This document shows positions 56,098 to 64,000 of a stretch of 64,000 nt of DNA, one piece after another; the first letter of the stretch is position 1, and every line of letters begins with the position of its first letter. This DNA is from Octopus vulgaris. Taxonomy: Eukaryota. The stretch is taken from contig OX597814.1 in assembly GCA_951406725.2 (NCBI GenBank), positions 3,348,001-3,412,000 of the forward strand. The letters are read 5' to 3'. The notes below the pieces were generated by a model, which saw only the letters and a program-made list of their open reading frames with translations, was not told where the DNA came from and did no database searches. A program made the position numbers and the translations under genes.

Positions 56098-57184
56098 ACA
56101 CACACACTCACACACACACACAAACACACACACACACGTAAACATAACCAACCACACACACACACACATGAACCGCGAACTACCTCCTAACGTGTTTGTC
56201 CACTGGAATTTCTTACGCAAGAAATATCAGTTGGATTCAACAAAAAATGTCTCAAGTCGTTGGAAAGATCAGTTAGAAATAGCAGTCAAATCCCTCTCAT
56301 TAAATACTGATGTTTTAAATTAAGGATGGATAATATTGTCCCATCATAGAGTCAATGATGTGATGTCATGGATCATGGGTCTACAGGAAGAGCTTTGACT
56401 CAGGGTTAATGAAAACCATTTAGATGTTTCATAAAAATATTTGCATGCACACACACACATACACAGGTACATGCACGTATGTGCGCGTGTATGTATCTGT
56501 GGAGGAATGTGTGCGTGTGTGTGTGTGTGTGTACATGTGTATATTTGTGTGAGTGAAAATGTTCTCGAGAAAGTGTGGGGTGGGGGAATTAATTTTCTTA
56601 ATCAAGAAACCGAAAGTAACAAGATTGTGACGATGCCTCTGAGATTGGCGTTGGTCAACGACAGGCCTAACGCTAATTCCATAAGACTTACGACCAATGA
56701 TATTCCAGCCATGACCATCCTTGTAAATTTTGCGTACAACAACTCCTCTTTGGAAAGTGACCGTTTATTTACGTATCCATTTTGAGAGAAAAGAATATAT
56801 ATGGTAGATTTGGCTGCTGTTTCTAGTTCGTTTGTGACCACGTAGGGGATATTTGTGAGGTTGATACAGGCATATATACATATATATATATATATATGTA
56901 TATACATATATATATACACATAATATATGTGTATATATACATATATATATATAGGTATGTATATATATATATAAATGTGTGTATATATACATACATATAT
57001 ATATACGTACCTAATACATCTGAATTTTGCTTATGTATATGTGTATATATATGTATATATATATATATATATGTATGTATATGAATATATAGTTGTATAT
57101 ACATGTGTATATTATACACATATATACATACATATATTTATACATATACATATATATACATACATATGCATACATATACAAATA

Positions 57185-57246
<62 letters not shown>

Positions 57247-57365
57247 CATATATGTATAAATACATATACATATACATACATACATATATATATATATGTA
57301 TATATGTATGTATGCATGCGTGTATGAAAACAAACACTCAGACACACACACACACACACACACAT

Positions 57366-57423
<58 letters not shown>

Positions 57424-57744
57424 GTGATGCGCAATGTATCATCTGTATATATATATATCCACGTATATACACACGCATAATAGATCTATACATGCTGATG
57501 GAGTGTAGGTGTGTTTATACATGAGCAGCGTCAGAGAGTCTATCCTTAATTACTCGTTCTATTATTTAAGTAATTAATCTCGCTAATTAGTTGCGCATAG
57601 TTTGTATGGAGTGTGTGCCAAAGCCTGGGAGCGAACTCACATACTGTGCAAACATAGCACAGTTTTATTTTTGTCACTGCGGTATTTCTTCCCGGTCGTT
57701 ACGAGTTCTATTCCCGCTAAGGGAATTGAAGCCTTTGTGTGTGT

Positions 57745-57788
<44 letters not shown>

Positions 57789-57945
57789 TGTGCGTGTGTG
57801 TGTTTATTAGTTGCATGTACGTGCATGTATAGAAACATATACACATGAATTTAGAGCGCCGTTGTATATAGTACCTGCTTCAGCAATATTTCTGCAATAT
57901 AATATACACTTACATATATATATGTATACATGTATACATATATGG

Positions 57946-58032
<87 letters not shown>

Positions 58033-58039
58033 TACATAT

Positions 58040-58093
<54 letters not shown>

Positions 58094-58100
58094 TATATAC

Positions 58101-58135
<35 letters not shown>

Positions 58136-58147
58136 ATATATATACAA

Positions 58148-58226
<79 letters not shown>

Positions 58227-58233
58227 TATATAC

Positions 58234-58282
<49 letters not shown>

Positions 58283-58283
58283 C

Positions 58284-58335
<52 letters not shown>

Positions 58336-58535
58336 TGGTGTGTGTGTGTGTATATACATACAAGCACATAATATATGTATATATATGTCCATATACGCAT
58401 GTGAATAAAAATATACATTCTCTATATTATTATGTATACTATGCATAATGTATATATACAAATGTATATATATATATGTATGGGAATAATATACATGTAT
58501 AGGTACACATGTATATATACGTGCATATATATGTG

Positions 58536-58578
<43 letters not shown>

Positions 58579-59005
58579 TGTATGTATATATGTGTATATA
58601 TGTATGTATATATATGTATGAATATATGTAAATGCATATATATATATATATGAATGTATATATGTATGTGTATATATATATATATATGAATGTATATATA
58701 TATATATATATATCAATATATATTATATGAATATATGTGTTTATATGTATATATATATATATAATATATGCATATAAATATATATATGTATATAAATATA
58801 AATATTTATGTATTTATATATAAATGTGTGTGTGTGTGTAGATAAATTTTGGTCGTTAGGATTTTGAAATTTCTGAATTCTCGCGCATTATTATTGCAAT
58901 GGGGCATTGGGAAGATTGTCTCAGAACTGTATCAAGGCACTCCCTGAAGACGTCGAGGAACGATGTACATTAGTGTGTGTTCGTTTGTGTATTGCAGAGG
59001 GAGGG

Positions 59006-59053
<48 letters not shown>

Positions 59054-59288
59054 GGATAGATAGATAGATAGATAGATGAATTGATAGATGGATAGATAGA
59101 TAGATAGATAGATAGACAGATAGATAGATGGATAGATGGATAGATGGATAGATAGATAGATAGATAGATAGATATATAGATAGATAGATATCTTAACGGC
59201 GCATTTATCTATTATATGTATATACATATGTCTGTGAGTGAGTGCAGGTGGGAGCACATATAAACAAACATATGCACGCACACATACA

Positions 59289-59320
<32 letters not shown>

Positions 59321-59689
59321 TTTACGCATACACACACATATGTATTTATTTTCCATAAATATATGTGAATGTGTACACAAAACTTTTTACTTATATTTGT
59401 GGCTTATATTTTATGCATCCATTCAGGAGATTATTTCGAGGCGACAATATATAGATACAGCAACATACACGCATACATGCTTGTGAATACACACACACAC
59501 ACACACACAAATGCACGTAATTATTTGCATAAGGTGTGTGCGTGTGAGTGAGTGCGCGCGGGTGTGTTAATGGGAGCTAGCAAAACTTCAAGATACCTCT
59601 GTTGCAGGTTCTCTATGGGGCGAATAAGGGTTCGAATCTCACTAATGTATAAACGTGCTTTTATTCAAGTATACACAACTTGTATGTTT

Positions 59690-59726
<37 letters not shown>

Positions 59727-59747
59727 GGTTAGAATATATATATATAT

Positions 59748-59867
59748 GTAGGTCCCGGGTTGATTCGGGGTTAACCACAGTAAATAAGGTACTAATACAT
59801 AGCAGAGTAAAATTAATTTATTATATAGAAGGAGCTTCTACAGGACTAGAACTGTTTCATTCAAGAG

Positions 59868-59870
<3 letters not shown>
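59748..59870. mobile_element. Interspersed-repeat fragment trapped in (TA)n, possibly Penelope-like
   Basis: A ~120-bp complex island. The minus strand starts ttc(tctt)gaa-t-GAAAc, like the 3' half of a hammerhead cut off by the TA run. Confidence 0.35.
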
Positions 59871-59922
<52 letters not shown>

Positions 59923-60134
59923 CACACGCATGTATAGATATTTACACGTATATATTTATATATCTATATATGTAGATATGCATATAAATGTATATATATT
60001 TGAATTTAAATATGTACACGTATGTATACATATTTACACATATATATCTACATATATATGTGTACATATTTAAATTGAAATATATATACATTTATATACA
60101 TATCTAAATCGAAAGATATGTATATATATATATA

Positions 60135-60181
60135 TATCACATAAAAAAAAAAATATATAAAACATTTTTAAGGATTTAAGG

Positions 60182-60218
<37 letters not shown>

Positions 60219-60272
60219 CATCAAAATATATATATATATATTCTCATCAAAATATATATATATATATCACAT

Positions 60273-60309
<37 letters not shown>

Positions 60310-60312
60310 CAT

Positions 60313-60316
<4 letters not shown>
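60135..60316. repeat. Repeated cacatcaa(aa)-type motif separated by variable (TA)n
   Basis: About five variants of (c/t)(a/t)cat(c/a)aa(aa)tata in series. Confidence 0.75.
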
Positions 60317-60393
<77 letters not shown>

Positions 60394-61016
60394 TGTGTGT
60401 TTTACACTGTCTACTTCTCCACTCATCTGCATGTGTTGTAAGGGATAGATCTGTCGGAGCGTTTCATAATTTGTTACCCGCTCCTCGGAGCAAATATACA
60501 AGAAAAATAAATTATATACACGAATATGCACACAGACACACTCCACGGGTATTTACACTTGTGTCAAATATATTAACGATTAATTTACACTCACACACAT
60601 ATACATATATATATATATGTATATGTATATATATATAGCCTTGCATGTTTATGTATATTTATATTGTGGCATATACCTATAAATATATACACATATTTAT
60701 GTGCATATAAGCATACAGAAATCGATATACACCTACACGTATGACCTACATGAAATAGTTATATATAGTGTAGCATAATACCTCATGGTGGACATGGACT
60801 AATTAATCTACTCTACACATTATATTCGACTAGAAAGAAATACAAATATTCATATCAAAATAAGGGGAAATCAATTTGTGTGTGTGTGTGTGTGTAAGTG
60901 TGCATTGCAATTTATCTACTTTGCATATATTTCACATTACATATACACACACACAGGAATTTAATTGTATAAAGTTATATTATAAACATGCGCAAACTAA
61001 AATAATTAATTAATAC

Positions 61017-61132
<116 letters not shown>

Positions 61133-61311
61133 AGATGTATATATATATATGTATGTATGTATGTATGTATAGATGTTTGTGGATCTTGTGATCAATATTC
61201 GTAACTTTTAACGACGTGTATGAGAATTAACGGAAGGCGGAAAAAACAGCCCAATTTTTAACAAGTCTTGCGATTTTCGTCTCAAATTTACACACACGCA
61301 GACTCACACAA

Positions 61312-61345
<34 letters not shown>

Positions 61346-61419
61346 GCATGAACGTATGTATAATAATAAAAAAATATATAGGAGTGTAAGATTATATTAT
61401 GTACAACTGATTGTATATA

Positions 61420-61471
<52 letters not shown>

Positions 61472-61568
61472 AAATATAAATAAGATAATATCGATATTTA
61501 AATATCGATATTATCAAGTGGCCAGCATGGGAAAAAATACCGTTTTACAAAGGTGATAAATTTTTACA

Positions 61569-61726
61569 ACTAAAAATAAGGGTGTCTGAGAAACACCACC
61601 ATGCCGAAATAGCAGTCAAAACCCTGATTTTAAAAACCACGTTATGAACATTTAACGTGGTTTTTAAAGTCAGGGTCTTGACTGCTATTTCGGCATGGTG
61701 GTGTCTCTCAGACACTCTTATTTTTA

Positions 61727-61728
<2 letters not shown>
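61569..61728. repeat. 160-bp near-perfect palindrome (76-bp arms, 8-nt spacer)
   Basis: actaaaaataagggtgtctgagaaacaccaccatgccgaaatagcagtcaaaaccctgattttaaaaaccacgtta / tgaacatt / its reverse complement, with 4 mismatches. Confidence 0.92.
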
Positions 61729-61785
<57 letters not shown>

Positions 61786-62173
61786 CATATAGCCGAAGCT
61801 TTGATGTTACATCAATATTTTTGTTTAAGAATAATAAATTTGTTCTGCAAAATTATAGAATAACACCTAAGATAAATGTAAAATTATTTTTGTTGAAGCT
61901 AAGCATAAAAAAAAATATTTAGATGTGTGTGTGTAATACATATATATATATAAATGTACACACGCAGTCTCGCATATAATTCTATATATATTTATATATA
62001 AGGTTATGCATTTTTATATATATATATTTATGCATAGGTACATATATTTGGATAAATGCATGAGAGTGTGCGCATGTATATGTATATATGTATATATATA
62101 TAATAGAAATATTAAAATTACGAAGTCTCTCTAAAGGAGATTACGGCAGCGTTACTGGATATTAATAGTTATC

Positions 62174-62258
62174 GCCATACTAATATGGCAGTCTATAAAT
62201 ATAAGACTAAAGCTGTCGCTGATTAGCTCCAAGAGGCCATCGCCTCTAGCTAGCTAAT
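62174..62258. other. Three adjacent short hairpins in a repeat-like island
   Basis: gccata/tatggc, agtct/agact, and attagct..agaggc/gcctct..agctaat. Confidence 0.55.
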
Positions 62259-62542
62259 TGACACACGAATCTGCGTTGTAATGCGTCCACACATGACACG
62301 CTAATGCGCCCATGTGTAAGGACAGGTGTGGCTGTATCAAATGTAACCACGACTGTGTATTTCCGATGTCCGCCTACCAACTCCGTTTCTTCGGATTCAT
62401 TCCGTCTGCAACGCGCCTTGACCAAGTGTCACCTACTTACAGCCGAGAGGTGACCAGAGCATTAGGAGTACATTTCATAGAGAGAAACTGAAAGAAGTCC
62501 GTCGTATAATGATAGATATATATGTGCACAGATATATATATA

Positions 62543-62586
<44 letters not shown>

Positions 62587-62629
62587 TAACAACACACACA
62601 TATATATACATATGTATACATATATAAAT

Positions 62630-62690
<61 letters not shown>

Positions 62691-62721
62691 TAGACATATA
62701 CATATATATACATATACATAC

Positions 62722-62764
<43 letters not shown>

Positions 62765-63048
62765 TCGATGTATATACATATATAAATATACAAATATATA
62801 CATATATATATGTATCGATGTATATACATATATATATACATATATATGCATATACATATATATACATATACATATAAAAGCATATATATATACATATACA
62901 TAACAACAAACACACATATATATACATATATATATATACATATATATATATACATATATATATATAAATACATACATTACTATTTCTTTACTTGTCTTGT
63001 AGTATTCAATATATTTGTTTGACTTTTGCGCGTTCGGTATAAGTTTGC

Positions 63049-63111
<63 letters not shown>

Positions 63112-64000
63112 TCACATGTATGTATATGAAGAAGGAGAAAATTAGAAATGTATATATATATAAAGATGTGAGGATGGGTGTATATATATATATATATATA
63201 CGTATGTATTGTGTTGTGTTGTTTATATCATAGTAACTTTTTCCCTTGTAAAGTGTCACATTTAATTGTGTTTATTTCTAATACATGTATACTGAACAGT
63301 GGCCTATATTTATATCATCAAAGCGTATATATATATATATATATAGACATACATACAAATATATGTTTGGCTGTCTGTGTGTGAGTGTGTGTGTATGGCC
63401 ACCTAAGTAATGCTGTTTAGATTCCAATGAAAGAACTCTTGTTCCCGGCTCGGAATCAGGCCATTCTTTGGAGATGAAGGAAATTGGGAAAGAAACTTAG
63501 GTTCCTACACATTGTACAACCATTCCAGCACACACGCAAATACATACGCAGAAGACACACACACACACGCACATATATGTTTAGATTCGAATTCCATGTA
63601 TATACACACACATACATGTTTAAATACGTGTCTCATACATATATATATACATATACATATATATATATATATATCTACATATATATATATATTTATATAT
63701 ATATATATATATATTTATTTAAACACATAGCATATAAATATGTATATACATGCATGCATATATATTCATACATACATATATATATATATATGTGGATAAA
63801 TATATGGATATATATATATATGTATGTGTATATATATATATGTGCGTGTATATATATTGCAAATGAACTACGTATATACACATGCAAACACAAACATTCA
63901 TTATTATTATTTATATTATTAGTATTATCATTGCTTTTGTTGTTGTTCTAGTTATTGCTGTTGTCGGTACTGGTGGTGGTGGTGGTGGTGGCGGTGGTGT

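Noticed and set aside
58938-58976. Hammerhead-like CTGAAGA plus gtcg/cgat stem
   Set aside because: The required GAAA is absent (gtac instead).

Overview
This is AT-rich, non-coding animal DNA saturated with microsatellites: (TA)n, (CA/TG)n, (GATA)n, (TATG)n, (ATT)n and (TAC)n. The repeat families resemble those I recall from coleoid cephalopods, probably Octopus. That is an inference from pattern recognition, not a database hit. I find no credible host protein-coding exon, and nearly all supplied ORFs are microsatellite read-throughs (YI/HT/CV/LSIY polymers). The non-microsatellite DNA contains: (i) two abundant tRNA-headed SINE families (called A and B here) plus a third SINE head (C); (ii) decayed retrotransposon relics (R4/Dong-like RT, HERO-like RLE end, CR1-like 3' end, RTE-like fragments, a possible BEL/Pao integrase); (iii) a hAT-type MITE and two fold-back elements; (iv) Penelope-type fragments with minimal hammerhead-ribozyme motifs. 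The most interesting signals are structural: an empty/filled paralogous site pair capturing a chimeric SINE insertion; a LINE/SINE 3' stem-loop with compensatory changes; a head-to-tail SINE junction; short foreign or locally templated fragments repeatedly trapped in (TA)n arrays; and inverted SINE pairs. One inverted pair looks like a long-read fold-back artefact. I cannot support a new gene-encoded system here.
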